Origin: a virus
Direction: 5' to 3' (one strand)
DNA: 64,000 bases
IMG/VR virus record: IMGVR_UViG_3300044716_000732
Location: 1 to 64,000 of that record
Shown here: positions 39,545 to 50,298 of the stretch, in pieces
Numbering within the stretch: position 1 is the stretch's first letter
Layout of the letters: each line of letters begins with the position of its first letter
Program-made: the position numbers and the translations under genes
The notes under the pieces: generated by a model
Databases searched by the model: none
The model's input: the letters and a program-made list of their open reading frames with translations, nothing else
What the model was told of the DNA's origin: nothing

Positions 39545-40891
39545 ATGAAAACCTTTAAAAAATATTTTCTAGAAGCTATTTCTCTTTCTGTTGCAAAAGA
39601 GAAAAATATGACCCGAAAAAAAAGCGGGGCATATATAAACAAACAGGTAAATGATGTTTTTGGTAATAAGGATAGACTCATATATGATTTTGATTTAGAT
39701 GTAGAAAAAGACTATTCAAATATTAAGACCGATCCAACAAGTACTTTTTATAAAATAAATGAATTATTAGAACAGTATAACTTTTATATTAAAAATATAT
39801 CCGATTATATAAAAGGAATATGTTATAAACAAAATGATAAAAATGTATATAACATAGGAAAAATATTAAATAAATTTGGACAAGAGACGGAACTGATTAC
39901 AAAAAAGGGTGGTAAAATAAAAACCACCGAAGAAGTAGAAATGTATAAATCAGATCCAATAAAAAACATAACATCAAACGAAATGGTTGTTGTAGTTTCT
40001 CGTCATCCATATGATATATATGGAGCATCTACTGATAGAAGTTGGACATCTTGTATGAATTTAGAAGGTGGTGAAATGAAGTGTGCATTAAGTGCGGATG
40101 TTTCTAAAGGTTCTATTGTATTATATTTGGTTCCTAAATCTGAATTAAGAGAAAACGGTAAGATAGCATTGAAAAAACCACTATCTAGAATTTTATTAAG
40201 ACCAATGGTTAATAAAGAGCAAGAGTTGGCATATGCAGTTGGACCAAATAAATATGGCGCAAAAATAGAAAAATTTAAAACCTTTGCTACTGATTGGGCT
40301 ACCGAAAACTTCAATTCAAAAGTAAAAAATAAAAAAGGATTTGTTTATTTAAAAGGTTTATATACTGGAGATTATTCCGAATATCCAAATTTAGATAGAA
40401 CCCAAGAAGATTTGTTAAAGGATAGAAGATTGGAGTTTTTAGATAAAGCAAGAGAAGTAACGGATAAATTTAAAACGTTTCTAAGAAGAGCAACAATATC
40501 AGATAATTTTACAAGTTTATCATATAGTGCGCAGGTTAAAAACAATATATTAATTTTTAATTCAACAGTAAACATTAAAATACCAGTCGATGCATTAGGG
40601 AATATATTTGAAGATAAATTATATTTCAATAGTATTAATAAAGAACAAATAAGAAAGGAATTGAATAATAAAAATAGCGATATATCAAAATTTTTCAATG
40701 CTGTTTCAAATACTTCGGTTTTAACCGATAAATTAAATGAGATAGATATGACAGCAAATAAATTAATTTTAAGTTATTCTTCCGATAGTGAAAACGATAA
40801 TGTTCATGATGAATTATTAAGAGAAATGTTTCCTATAATACAAATATATTATTATTTTTACGAAAGAAACAAACCAAAAACTTCTATATGA
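39545..40891 (+). CDS. hypothetical protein with MKTFKKYFLE tag (SRHPYD...WTSCM motif)
   Basis: 448-aa ORF. Confidence 0.75.
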   Translation: MKTFKKYFLEAISLSVAKEKNMTRKKSGAYINKQVNDVFGNKDRLIYDFDLDVEKDYSNIKTDPTSTFYKINELLEQYNFYIKNISDYIKGICYKQNDKNVYNIGKILNKFGQETELITKKGGKIKTTEEVEMYKSDPIKNITSNEMVVVVSRHPYDIYGASTDRSWTSCMNLEGGEMKCALSADVSKGSIVLYLVPKSELRENGKIALKKPLSRILLRPMVNKEQELAYAVGPNKYGAKIEKFKTFATDWATENFNSKVKNKKGFVYLKGLYTGDYSEYPNLDRTQEDLLKDRRLEFLDKAREVTDKFKTFLRRATISDNFTSLSYSAQVKNNILIFNSTVNIKIPVDALGNIFEDKLYFNSINKEQIRKELNNKNSDISKFFNAVSNTSVLTDKLNEIDMTANKLILSYSSDSENDNVHDELLREMFPIIQIYYYFYERNKPKTSI

Positions 40892-41544
40892 AATCTTTTA
40901 AACAATATATAAAGGAAATGGCTTATCCTGTAAGTTTTTCTTTTGAAGAATTTAATAACATTAAATCATATAATGGTAAATTGAAATATGCTAATGAAAG
41001 ATTGCAGAAAATATCTTCCGGTAGTGCCAGAGTTGTATATAAGGTTGATGAAGAAAAAGTTTTAAAGATAGCCAAGAATAAAAAGGGAATCGGTCAAAAT
41101 TCAATAGAATCTGATTGGGGATTGCAAAGAATGTCTGATATAGTTGCAAAAATATTTGATACAAATGATGATCACTTTTGGGTTGAAATGGAATTGGCTA
41201 AAAAATTAACACCAAATAGATTTAAACAATTAACCGGAATGAGTTTAAATGAAGTTCAAGATATGCTTCGTTTAATGGAAACACTGAATAATAGTTCCAG
41301 AAGAAAATATTTAAAACCCGAACAATTAAAGGAATTACACGACGAATTTAGTCAGAAAGTAAACGACAATGAATTTTTAACATCACTCACGGATATGATT
41401 ATGAATTTTGGAATGAAGTATCCGGGTGACTTCGGGAGGGTAAATTCCTACGGTGAAGTTCTTAGAGAAGGTGTTCCAACAGTAGTATTGGTTGATTTTG
41501 GTCTTAGTGAGTCAGTTTGGGATGATTTTTATAAAGTAAATTAA
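40888..41544 (+). CDS. protein-kinase-like fold protein with MKSFKQYIKE tag
   Basis: GSARVVY...VLKIA...E...D....YG......VLVDFG. Confidence 0.7.
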   Translation: MKSFKQYIKEMAYPVSFSFEEFNNIKSYNGKLKYANERLQKISSGSARVVYKVDEEKVLKIAKNKKGIGQNSIESDWGLQRMSDIVAKIFDTNDDHFWVEMELAKKLTPNRFKQLTGMSLNEVQDMLRLMETLNNSSRRKYLKPEQLKELHDEFSQKVNDNEFLTSLTDMIMNFGMKYPGDFGRVNSYGEVLREGVPTVVLVDFGLSESVWDDFYKVN

Positions 41545-41574
41545 CTTATTTTTAAATAAGTATTAATGTGTTTT

Positions 41575-41820
41575 ATGTCTAGTAAAAAACCAAATTGGAA
41601 CAAAAGATTGAAGTCGGAAGAAACCCGAAACCGTAGAAAAAAAGGAGAAGGGTTTATTACAACTTCGTTTTCAATTGAAGAGGTTTTGGATGAATCCGGT
41701 GAAGTATTGGATGATACTCTTATAAAGTTTTCATTTGGTGGTATATTGATATATTTGAGTGTGGCAAATTCTATGAAATTAAATAAATTATTGACTGACA
41801 TTTTAAATTTAAAAAGGTAA
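41575..41820 (+). CDS. hypothetical protein
   Basis: ORF between co-oriented genes. Confidence 0.45.
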   Translation: MSSKKPNWNKRLKSEETRNRRKKGEGFITTSFSIEEVLDESGEVLDDTLIKFSFGGILIYLSVANSMKLNKLLTDILNLKR

Positions 41821-41832
41821 ATATATAAAATC

Positions 41833-42969
41833 ATGAGAAGTAAAGATCAAATATTATTGGAAAATTTATATAGTAAAATGCTTATTTCAAAAGAGGCATT
41901 TGATCCGGAAATGGGACAAACCAAACCAGTTGATTCTGAAAAATTAGTAGAATATATTAATAGAATAGTTGATAAAAAGAAAACAGGTAGAGTAGATCCT
42001 AAAACAAAAATAAAAGATTATTTACAAATGCCGCATATTCATGCATCTATTGCAAATAAAATTTTAATTAAAACACCAGAAAATGAAACAATTGATTTAG
42101 AAGCATTTAAAAATTTATTAATACAAAGACCCGATTCATTATTAAGACAAAATGATAAGATGAAAAAAAGTACAACTGATGATATAGAGTTTTATAACAC
42201 ATCTTTACCTGCATTAAAGGGATTGGTTATAGATGAATCAACAGGAGATTTTAAAATTGTTGATACCTGTCCTTCTGCTGGTTCTTGTCAATTAGTTTGT
42301 TATGCGAAACACGGATCATATGTATTATTTCCCACCGTTTCATTATCACAAAATAAAGCATTAAATTATTTATTTAATGATTCAGAAGGATTTAAAAATC
42401 AATTAGAAGCAGAAATAAAATTAGCAGCTATTAAGAATAGAAAAAAGAAAGTTCAAATTCGTTGGAATGATTCCGGTGATTTATTGTCTCCTAAATTTTT
42501 TGGTATTGTTATGGATATAGTTAATAATACACCAATGGTAGATCATTACATATATACAAAAGAAGTTGCAATGATTAAATCATACCCCAATCCACCAGAA
42601 AATGTAATTTTTAATTTTTCATATGGTGCAAGAAAAGATCAAGAAAAATTAATCGATCCACAAAAAGATAAGGTTTCTTTTATAGTTAATGTTAAAGATG
42701 CAGCTAAAGAACCTATATTAAATACTATATCAAAATTTAAATATATAGAAATTAAAGATAAAAAATGGCAATATAACAATGTAGATGCTACTAAACAAGT
42801 TATATCACAAAGATACAAAATTGATACAAAAACACTTCTAACAATAGATGAATTAAAAAATACACCACAAGGAGAAGTGGGAGAATATAACGTAATAGTA
42901 TTACCCGGTGAGTCCGATCTATCTGCATCTAGAAGAGATGTTAAAGGAACATATTTAATAATTCATTAA
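41833..42969 (+). CDS. gp88-like protein with KDQILLE tag
   Basis: TCPSAGSCQLVCYA...IRWNDSGD...YIYTK. Confidence 0.75.
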   Translation: MRSKDQILLENLYSKMLISKEAFDPEMGQTKPVDSEKLVEYINRIVDKKKTGRVDPKTKIKDYLQMPHIHASIANKILIKTPENETIDLEAFKNLLIQRPDSLLRQNDKMKKSTTDDIEFYNTSLPALKGLVIDESTGDFKIVDTCPSAGSCQLVCYAKHGSYVLFPTVSLSQNKALNYLFNDSEGFKNQLEAEIKLAAIKNRKKKVQIRWNDSGDLLSPKFFGIVMDIVNNTPMVDHYIYTKEVAMIKSYPNPPENVIFNFSYGARKDQEKLIDPQKDKVSFIVNVKDAAKEPILNTISKFKYIEIKDKKWQYNNVDATKQVISQRYKIDTKTLLTIDELKNTPQGEVGEYNVIVLPGESDLSASRRDVKGTYLIIH

Positions 42970-43008
42970 TTTGATTGACATATTATTATTTTAGTATATT
43001 ATACTAAT

Positions 43009-43152
43009 ATGAGCGCAGGAAAAGGTGATAAACCAAGACCAGTAAATAAAAAAAATTTTAATAAAAATTTCGATGATATTCTTTGGAAAAAAGAAAACGA
43101 TAAAAAAGAAGTGAAAAATAAAAACGGAAAAAAGATTTATCTATACAAATAA
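43009..43152 (+). CDS. small conserved phage protein (GKGDKPRP...NFD.I)
   Basis: leaderless after TTGACA-16-TATTAT. Confidence 0.7.
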   Translation: MSAGKGDKPRPVNKKNFNKNFDDILWKKENDKKEVKNKNGKKIYLYK

Positions 43153-43823
43153 TTCTTAAAACTTTCCAATGAAAGTATATCATCTTGTATTTCTTTATTG
43201 TGATCCATTAATCTTTTAATATATCCACTATTTCTTAAATTTTTAAATGTAAGATTACCAACAGAATATTCTCCTTCTTCTTTTAATCCATCGACTCTAA
43301 TTTTTTTAATTTTTTTTCTTAAATCCTTTAATACATCTATATCTCTTTTGTTATTTATAGCATCTTCTATTTCATATTGGATTCTGGAAACCAATGTTAA
43401 AACTTCATGATCATCCATTGATCTGGTCGGTTTAATTGGTTTTATATACCATTCATCTTTTATTAAATCGTAAATAGCTTTTCCGGTTAGTTCGGTTTCT
43501 TCTGTTTTAATATTCACCTCAACCTTATAACCTCTAATAAAAATATCGTGTTCTTTATTAAAAATTTTACTTCTAGTATCAAAATAATCCGAAACCGTAT
43601 CCATACATTTTTCATCTAATACATCAACTATTATGTGTAAATCTATGTCACTTAAATTATTCCAAACATAAGTTGCGAGAGAACCAGTGAAAAATATATT
43701 TTTAATTTCTATAGGAGTTTCTATATTTTTTAAAAATATTTTAGCTACATTTAAAAGTTTCTCTTTAACATCGGAATCTAATCTTTTGCTATTTTTCCAA
43801 ATGTTTTCATTTAATTTATTCAT
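43137..43823 (-). CDS. Pol-beta-type nucleotidyltransferase
   Basis: TGSLA.Y.W...SDIDLH; EYSVGNLTFK.LR. Confidence 0.8.
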   Translation of the reverse strand: MNKLNENIWKNSKRLDSDVKEKLLNVAKIFLKNIETPIEIKNIFFTGSLATYVWNNLSDIDLHIIVDVLDEKCMDTVSDYFDTRSKIFNKEHDIFIRGYKVEVNIKTEETELTGKAIYDLIKDEWYIKPIKPTRSMDDHEVLTLVSRIQYEIEDAINNKRDIDVLKDLRKKIKKIRVDGLKEEGEYSVGNLTFKNLRNSGYIKRLMDHNKEIQDDILSLESFKNYLYR

Positions 43824-43870
43824 TTATTTGTGTTGTGATTGTAAATATTAAAAAATATTTATTCCATGAG

Positions 43871-44068
43871 ATGAAATATATACTACTAATATTAATGATA
43901 TTTTTTTTATCTCTTATTTCTACTATAGTTTTATGTTTAGTTACATCTTTTTCAAATTTCACATTTTTAGTTTTTAATTTTTTTTTATGTTTATGTTTTG
44001 GTATTATTTTTTACAATATTGTAGTGTTCTCTGTTTGCAAAATTTTAGAAAAAAAATATGATGTTTGA
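43871..44068 (+). CDS. small membrane protein
   Basis: two hydrophobic segments. Confidence 0.5.
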   Translation: MKYILLILMIFFLSLISTIVLCLVTSFSNFTFLVFNFFLCLCFGIIFYNIVVFSVCKILEKKYDV

Positions 44069-44239
44069 TAATTTAATTTTTAAAGAAAATGGTAAATTTT
44101 ATATAAATTTAAACAATTCCAATTTAGAGGTGGTTTTATATAAAGGAGATAATATAAAATTTTCTCATAATGGTCAAAAATACTTTGCTAAAGTTATAAA
44201 GATTGTTGATAATGTTTGTGAGTTGTGTATAATATAAAT

Positions 44240-44443
44240 ATGTCATTGAGAATTGATAATCCTATACCAAAAGAAGAGTTTTTATATCTAGTAGAGACTA
44301 GTGAAAAAGATAAAGATGGAAATAACCATTTAGAAATAGCACAATATAGAAAAGAAAAATTTTGGTTTTTTGGTTGGGATAAGCCAGAAGATTTGGAAAA
44401 TTTTCTTTCTTGGAAAGAACTTGTTGTTGGGATTAAAGAATAA
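44240..44443 (+). CDS. hypothetical protein
   Basis: ORF with TATAAATA immediately upstream. Confidence 0.55.
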   Translation: MSLRIDNPIPKEEFLYLVETSEKDKDGNNHLEIAQYRKEKFWFFGWDKPEDLENFLSWKELVVGIKE

Positions 44444-44462
44444 TTTTTTGTAAGTATATGAA

Positions 44463-46394
44463 ATGTCATATACTTTAAAAAACGATGTTTCTTCTGCTCC
44501 ACTTAATTGTAATGTAGGTTACAATAATAGCTGGATTCATGTTGATAATAATGCTGGTAGAGAGCTTTTTGCGCAAGCATCTTACATAACTAATTTTTCA
44601 GATATAAACATTAGTTTATCTGCCAGTGACCTAGACATAGGTTCGGTACATATATTAGATCCCGATAGCGGATTAAAAGCTGATGTTGTGCCAGTTGGAA
44701 TTGGAATTGGTGCATTAAGAGTTATAAGTCAAGATTTAGAATCTTTCGAAGATGATGTAACTATTGGTGATAGATTAGGAAATTTTGCATCGGTATATGC
44801 TCCTTTAAGCGCACTTAAAGTTTATAATACAAATCCTATATCTTCTGTAGATATAACAAATATTGTTACAGTAAAGGCATCTAATACATTTCCAATATCT
44901 GGATCTGTAACCGTTTTAAATCCAGTAACTTCTGTTAATGTTTTAAATTTTCCAACACAATTAACTGCTATTAGTATTACTAATCAATTGACAGGAATAA
45001 CCATTTTAAATCCAATAACATCGGTTAATGTTTTAAATTTTCCAACACAATTAAGTTCTGTTAGTATTTTAAATCCAGTAACATCGGTTAATGTTTTAAA
45101 TTTTCCAACACAATTAAGTTCTGTTAGTATTACTAATCAGTTAACAGGAATAACCGTTTTAAATCCTGTTACTCAAGTTACTACATTACCACAACCAACT
45201 CAACTTGATGCATTTGGTAGATTAAGAATATCTTCCCCTATGACTTTGTTTGATTCTTCACATCGTTACAAGGATAATAATTTATGGTCTACACTATCCG
45301 CAAATGGAGGTTCGGTTTCATTTAATGCATCACAGGGATTAATGAATTTAAACGTTACTAATACAGCAGGAGCAAGCGCAATAAGAGAAACAACAAAGGT
45401 ATTTTCCTATCAACCCGGTAAATCCTTGCTTGTCATGAATACATTTGTCATGGCTTCTTCTGCTACCAATTTAAGACAGAGGGTAGGATATTTCGGAGAT
45501 CAGAATGGAATATACTTTCAGTTAGATGATGGTAATATTAGTATAGTTAAAAGATCCATTGTCACTGGTTCTATTGTAGAAAGTGTAATTTCTCGTTCTA
45601 ATTGGAACGGTGATAAGCTAGATGGAACTGGCTCTTCTGGTATAGTTTTAGATATAACCAAAGCTCAAATTTTTTGGATGGATATTGAATGGTTGGGAGT
45701 AGGAACAGTAAGAGTTGGTTTTTGTATTAACGGGCAGTTTATTGTTTGTCACTCATTCCATCATGCTAATATTATAGATTCAACTTATATTACTACAGCT
45801 TCCTTGCCTTTAAGATATGAGATTATTAATAAAGCAGCTACAACAGGTGGATCTAAAACACTAAAACAAATATGTTCTACTGTTATTTCCGAAGGTGGTT
45901 ATGAATTAAGAGGCTTACAACAAGCAGTCTCTATTCCAATAACTTCACCAAGAACGTTTGCGGTAGCTGGTACGTTTTATCCAATCATTTCAATTCGATT
46001 AAAAACAACTCCAGACAGACTCGATGCAATTATTATTTTAACTGCTTTATCAATACTTGGACAAGGAAATGGCATAAATTATAACTGGCAGGTTAAAGCA
46101 AGTGGAGTCACAACAGGAGGAGACTGGGTTGATGCTGGGGTTGACAGTGCCGTTCAATATAATATTACAGGAACAAGCTATGCAGGAGGAAGAATTTTAG
46201 CAAGTGGATTTTTAAATGCTTCTAATCAAGCTTCTCCAAATTTGGATATTCTTAAAGAAGCTTTGTTTAAGTTTCAATTAGAACGAAACAATTTAACAAA
46301 AACTCCTTTTGAATTAACTTTGGTTGCTGCATCAGATACCACTAATGGTTCTGGTATGTTTGCTTCTATGGATTGGGAAGAAGTTAGTCGTTGA
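44463..46394 (+). CDS. virion structural protein with internal repeats
   Basis: DAFGRLR...LFDS, YQPGKS, EWLGVG..R.GF motifs; repeats LNPVTSVNVLNFPTQL. Confidence 0.75.
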   Translation: MSYTLKNDVSSAPLNCNVGYNNSWIHVDNNAGRELFAQASYITNFSDINISLSASDLDIGSVHILDPDSGLKADVVPVGIGIGALRVISQDLESFEDDVTIGDRLGNFASVYAPLSALKVYNTNPISSVDITNIVTVKASNTFPISGSVTVLNPVTSVNVLNFPTQLTAISITNQLTGITILNPITSVNVLNFPTQLSSVSILNPVTSVNVLNFPTQLSSVSITNQLTGITVLNPVTQVTTLPQPTQLDAFGRLRISSPMTLFDSSHRYKDNNLWSTLSANGGSVSFNASQGLMNLNVTNTAGASAIRETTKVFSYQPGKSLLVMNTFVMASSATNLRQRVGYFGDQNGIYFQLDDGNISIVKRSIVTGSIVESVISRSNWNGDKLDGTGSSGIVLDITKAQIFWMDIEWLGVGTVRVGFCINGQFIVCHSFHHANIIDSTYITTASLPLRYEIINKAATTGGSKTLKQICSTVISEGGYELRGLQQAVSIPITSPRTFAVAGTFYPIISIRLKTTPDRLDAIIILTALSILGQGNGINYNWQVKASGVTTGGDWVDAGVDSAVQYNITGTSYAGGRILASGFLNASNQASPNLDILKEALFKFQLERNNLTKTPFELTLVAASDTTNGSGMFASMDWEEVSR

Positions 46395-46420
46395 TACATT
46401 AAAAAAACTAAATATAATAT

Positions 46421-47269
46421 ATGTTTAAATATATTGTAGGATTTGCTGCTTTAGTTGTTGCTGGTTGTGCTGCTTTTTTTTCAGTACAAGGACTTGCAAC
46501 ATTATATGCTGGACAATTTATAGCTGTTTGTGTAATGGCTGGTGGTTTAGAATTTGGTAAATTAGTTGCTGCTAGTTACTTGCATCGTTACTGGAAAGAA
46601 ACTAATTTTCTATTAAAATCATATTTAATAATTGCTGTAATATCTTTGATGGCAATAACATCTCTTGGTATATTTGGTTTTTTAACATCTGCCTATCAAG
46701 AAAGTCATGTAAAAATTGAAATGGTAGATTCCAAAAAACAAATGCTGGAAACTAAAAAAACATCAATTACAGAACAAATCGATGTAAACAAAAAAAGAAT
46801 AGATGTTTTAAACGATATAAGAATCTCTCAAGAACAAAGAGTTAAAGAAGCAGGGAATTATAAATTACCAAGAGAGCAAGCATATGCCGCAATAGAAAAA
46901 GCAAATTCTGAATTAAATGAATTACAAGAAAAAAATAAAAATTATTTTTTAGAAATAAACAATATAGAAACAAATCTATTGGAATTAAAAGCAGAAGAAT
47001 CTAAATCAACCGATATAGGAACTTTGAAATTTGTTTCTGAACTTTTCAATTTAGATATTCAAACTATTGTTAAATGGTTTACTATTATAATAGTTTTAGT
47101 TTTCGATCCATTAGCGGTTTCTTTGGTTCTTGCTTATAATAATATAGTGGAAAGAAAATACAAAAAAGAAGAACCTATCGAAGAAAATAAAGAAGAAGAA
47201 CCAAAACAAAAATTTAATTTGTTTAAAAGAAAAAGCACACCTCTTAATGTAAAGTATAAAGATAAATAA
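46421..47269 (+). CDS. membrane protein with coiled coil
   Basis: AAFFSV.GL...LE.GKL...TS.GIFGFL...VFDPLA. Confidence 0.75.
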   Translation: MFKYIVGFAALVVAGCAAFFSVQGLATLYAGQFIAVCVMAGGLEFGKLVAASYLHRYWKETNFLLKSYLIIAVISLMAITSLGIFGFLTSAYQESHVKIEMVDSKKQMLETKKTSITEQIDVNKKRIDVLNDIRISQEQRVKEAGNYKLPREQAYAAIEKANSELNELQEKNKNYFLEINNIETNLLELKAEESKSTDIGTLKFVSELFNLDIQTIVKWFTIIIVLVFDPLAVSLVLAYNNIVERKYKKEEPIEENKEEEPKQKFNLFKRKSTPLNVKYKDK

Positions 47270-47414
47270 TATATCTATGCGCTATTCTTCAAACAGATCT
47301 TATAGGGATACTATAAATGAAGAAGTTGAAAAGCTAATGCAAAAAATAGATAAAAAACCAAAAAAGAAAAATTGGTTAGTTAGATTTTGGGAATGGTTGA
47401 TTTGTATGTATAAA

Positions 47415-47452
47415 AAAATTGCGAAGAAATTATAATTTCTTCGCAATTTTTA
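47415..47452. terminator. bidirectional terminator
   Basis: AAAAATTGCGAAGAAAT-TATA-ATTTCTTCGCAATTTTT between convergent genes. Confidence 0.75.
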
Positions 47453-47469
47453 AAACAATTTTGTAAAAA

Positions 47470-48648
47470 TTAACTTACTCTAATCGTCTTGTTCAAAGAA
47501 CAAACTGTTGCTCTTTTGTTATGAACAACAACTGTTTCCACCCCTGTTACATCTTCTGTGTAATTAACAATAGAAAAACCATTTTGCCAATTTGCACCTG
47601 ATACATAAGTAGGGTTCAATTTACAAGCACAACCATTTTCATAGTTCTTAATAATTTGATCTGGACGAGATCCAATACGAGGAATTCTTTGGCAAGTAGA
47701 ACCAATTCTGTGAGTATGATTTGTGATAGTTGAAGCATATCGTTTTTCGAATGTTCCTCTCGCAGAAAATCCACCATTTTTTCTCACCACATCTCCATGA
47801 AGAACAAACAAATCATCTGGAAGCTCAACGATGGATTCTTCATCTTCATTAGAGTCAATCAATTTAATTCGTGACCAACTTTCATGTGGATGGAATACTT
47901 TCGAATATGAAAGATTGTTCGCAATAGTAGGAATACACAAGAGTTGTTTAATATCGTCACTAGAAGAGATATAACGCCACCAGCGACCTTCTACGCCATT
48001 TCCTGAATGGTTTCCATTAGTTTCTAAGATCTCTGTTTGATATGGTTCTGTAATATCATGTAAAAGCTTTAGAAATTTATGATATGCCAAAATCTCATCG
48101 TTCAAAGTATGCGTGTGACGAGGATCTTTTGAATAACGACTGATCGATAACATATCAACCGTATCACCATTTAGAATAACCTTCTGCGGTTTAAGCTCAT
48201 CTACAACTTGTAGGAAAATATCTAGAGTATTCCAGCACTCTACACCAAAATGAGTGTCGCCAATAACAAGAGCTATTTTATTTGGTTCGTAGTATGTTCT
48301 CGGCCTTGGTGGTGCAGGATATTGAACAGCTTTGATATTCATCAAAATTTCTTTGATTTTTTGCTCATCATATTTAGAAAAATTAGAAACGAACATAGAA
48401 GGATCTAATTGATCAGACTCTTGTTCGGTGATAATATCTACTCTATTATCATTCTCATCATAAGAAGATTCTTCTTCGATTATAGTAGTTTTTACTTTGG
48501 TGGTTCGTTTCCTACCAGTAATCCAATCGAAAACGGTTGACCTTGGTACACCTAAAATTTCTGAGATTTCGGTGTTAGATTTTCCCTTTTTGTGTAGGGA
48601 CAATACTTGTTCTTGTTTTGTTTGTTTTGAGTTTGTATTAATGCTCAT
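47470..48648 (-). CDS. HTH-fused calcineurin-like metallophosphoesterase
   Basis: N-terminal HTH (EISEILGVPRSTV); GDTH, NGD, GNH, HG, HTH motifs. Confidence 0.8.
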   Translation of the reverse strand: MSINTNSKQTKQEQVLSLHKKGKSNTEISEILGVPRSTVFDWITGRKRTTKVKTTIIEEESSYDENDNRVDIITEQESDQLDPSMFVSNFSKYDEQKIKEILMNIKAVQYPAPPRPRTYYEPNKIALVIGDTHFGVECWNTLDIFLQVVDELKPQKVILNGDTVDMLSISRYSKDPRHTHTLNDEILAYHKFLKLLHDITEPYQTEILETNGNHSGNGVEGRWWRYISSSDDIKQLLCIPTIANNLSYSKVFHPHESWSRIKLIDSNEDEESIVELPDDLFVLHGDVVRKNGGFSARGTFEKRYASTITNHTHRIGSTCQRIPRIGSRPDQIIKNYENGCACKLNPTYVSGANWQNGFSIVNYTEDVTGVETVVVHNKRATVCSLNKTIRVS

Positions 48649-48720
48649 CTACTTCAGATTACTACACAAAAAAAAATTGTCAAATATAATTTTTTAAAGG
48701 TAAATATTTGATACTAGAAT

Positions 48721-49092
48721 ATGCCAAATTCGATGGATAAATTTAATGAGTTTGAAAACAAACATAGAGCATTTATAAATTTAGTAATAAAACCACTATT
48801 AACATTAATTGCTTTTTTAAGTATGGGATATTATACTATGTGGTTATCTACTAACTATGTACGTCAAGACAAATTTAGTTCATATGTAGAAAAACAAATA
48901 TCATTTGATAAACAACAAGACGAATTGATGAAATCTAGATTTGATATAACACAAACAAAATTAGAAACTATAATAAATCAACAAACAATTTTTAACGAAC
49001 AACTTAAAACATTTAACACTTTAACAGCATCTTATCAAAAACAAATTGATTCATTAAATGATAGAATAATATATTTGGAAAGAAAAAAATGA
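48721..49092 (+). CDS. membrane-anchored coiled-coil protein
   Basis: one TM segment plus coiled coil. Confidence 0.65.
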   Translation: MPNSMDKFNEFENKHRAFINLVIKPLLTLIAFLSMGYYTMWLSTNYVRQDKFSSYVEKQISFDKQQDELMKSRFDITQTKLETIINQQTIFNEQLKTFNTLTASYQKQIDSLNDRIIYLERKK

Positions 49093-49294
49093 ACAAAATG
49101 TCTTATCGTCAAGGTATAATAATAAAAGATATCAACAATGGGATAAAAGAAGGAGATTTGATACAGATAGTATCGGAAGATAGAGAAAATTTTTTAATCA
49201 GAAGATGTTATGCTTCACCAGTAGAAAAAGTTTCTAAAAATTTTATAAGAATTGTATAAAAGGTAAAAATATAGAGTAAGTATAAATACATACT

Positions 49295-49810
49295 ATGAAA
49301 AAAGATGATATTTTATTGAACGAAGCCTATAACAAAGTAATTGAACAACAATTAGATGAAGATTTAGGTTCTTTTTTAAAAACAGTAGGTGGCGATGTGG
49401 TTAGAGGAATTGGTGGTGCTGCAAAGAAAGCAGTTTTGGGTACACAAAAAGCATATGCTGGTGCTAAACAAGCTGGTATTGGCGCACTTGCTGGCGCACA
49501 AGGTAAAGATCCTCGTTCTTTAGCGAACTATAACAAGCAATCACAAATTAAAGGTGAACTTACAAAAAAACAAAATGAAATAGATAGTCAATACACAGCA
49601 CAAAGATTGACACAATATTTAAATAGTATGTTAACTGGTGTTGTAAGAGACGTTAAAAATTTAGGATTAGGTGTTGAAGATCTAGATGGTTTGAAGCAAG
49701 ATTTATTCGCTACTTTTAAAAAACATTTACAACAATCAGGAACAATTCAATCAGCAGGAACAGGATTGGTTCGTTCTGGAAGTAAGGGTGCAGTAAAATT
49801 AAATAAATAA
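49295..49810 (+). CDS. hypothetical protein with KDDILLNEAY tag
   Basis: TATAAATA at 49281; Gly/Ala-rich. Confidence 0.7.
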   Translation: MKKDDILLNEAYNKVIEQQLDEDLGSFLKTVGGDVVRGIGGAAKKAVLGTQKAYAGAKQAGIGALAGAQGKDPRSLANYNKQSQIKGELTKKQNEIDSQYTAQRLTQYLNSMLTGVVRDVKNLGLGVEDLDGLKQDLFATFKKHLQQSGTIQSAGTGLVRSGSKGAVKLNK

Positions 49811-49848
49811 TATTGACAAAAAAACATAGTTGTAGTTAGAATACTACT

Positions 49849-50256
49849 ATGTTTTCTAGATTAGAAGAAATTGCAAAATCTCTAATAGACGAGACTTCTT
49901 TTAAAACCAGATGTCGTCATTTTTCTTTTATTTTATACAAAAGAAAAATAATATCTATTGGTATGAATTGTAAAAAAACTCATCCAATAAATTTATTAAA
50001 TCCAAAATTTTGTAAAGAGAATGGATTAAATGTTTCCGATCAAAAACAAATATGTTCCGAATTGAATTCTATTTTGAAGTTGAAAAGAATGACAAATATA
50101 GATACCAATAAATGTATATTGGTAAATTTGAGATATGATAAAAATGGAAACTTGGCATTATCAAAACCTTGTTCATCGTGTGAAAATTTATTGAAATATC
50201 ATAATTTCAAAAAAATAATATGGACTAATGATAATGGAGAATATGTTTCTCTGTAA
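49849..50256 (+). CDS. cytidine/dCMP-deaminase-fold protein
   Basis: IISIGMN...CSE...SKPCSSC. Confidence 0.7.
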   Translation: MFSRLEEIAKSLIDETSFKTRCRHFSFILYKRKIISIGMNCKKTHPINLLNPKFCKENGLNVSDQKQICSELNSILKLKRMTNIDTNKCILVNLRYDKNGNLALSKPCSSCENLLKYHNFKKIIWTNDNGEYVSL

Positions 50257-50298
50257 AAAAATTTTGACATTTTTTAAAAATGTGAGTAAATTTGTTTT

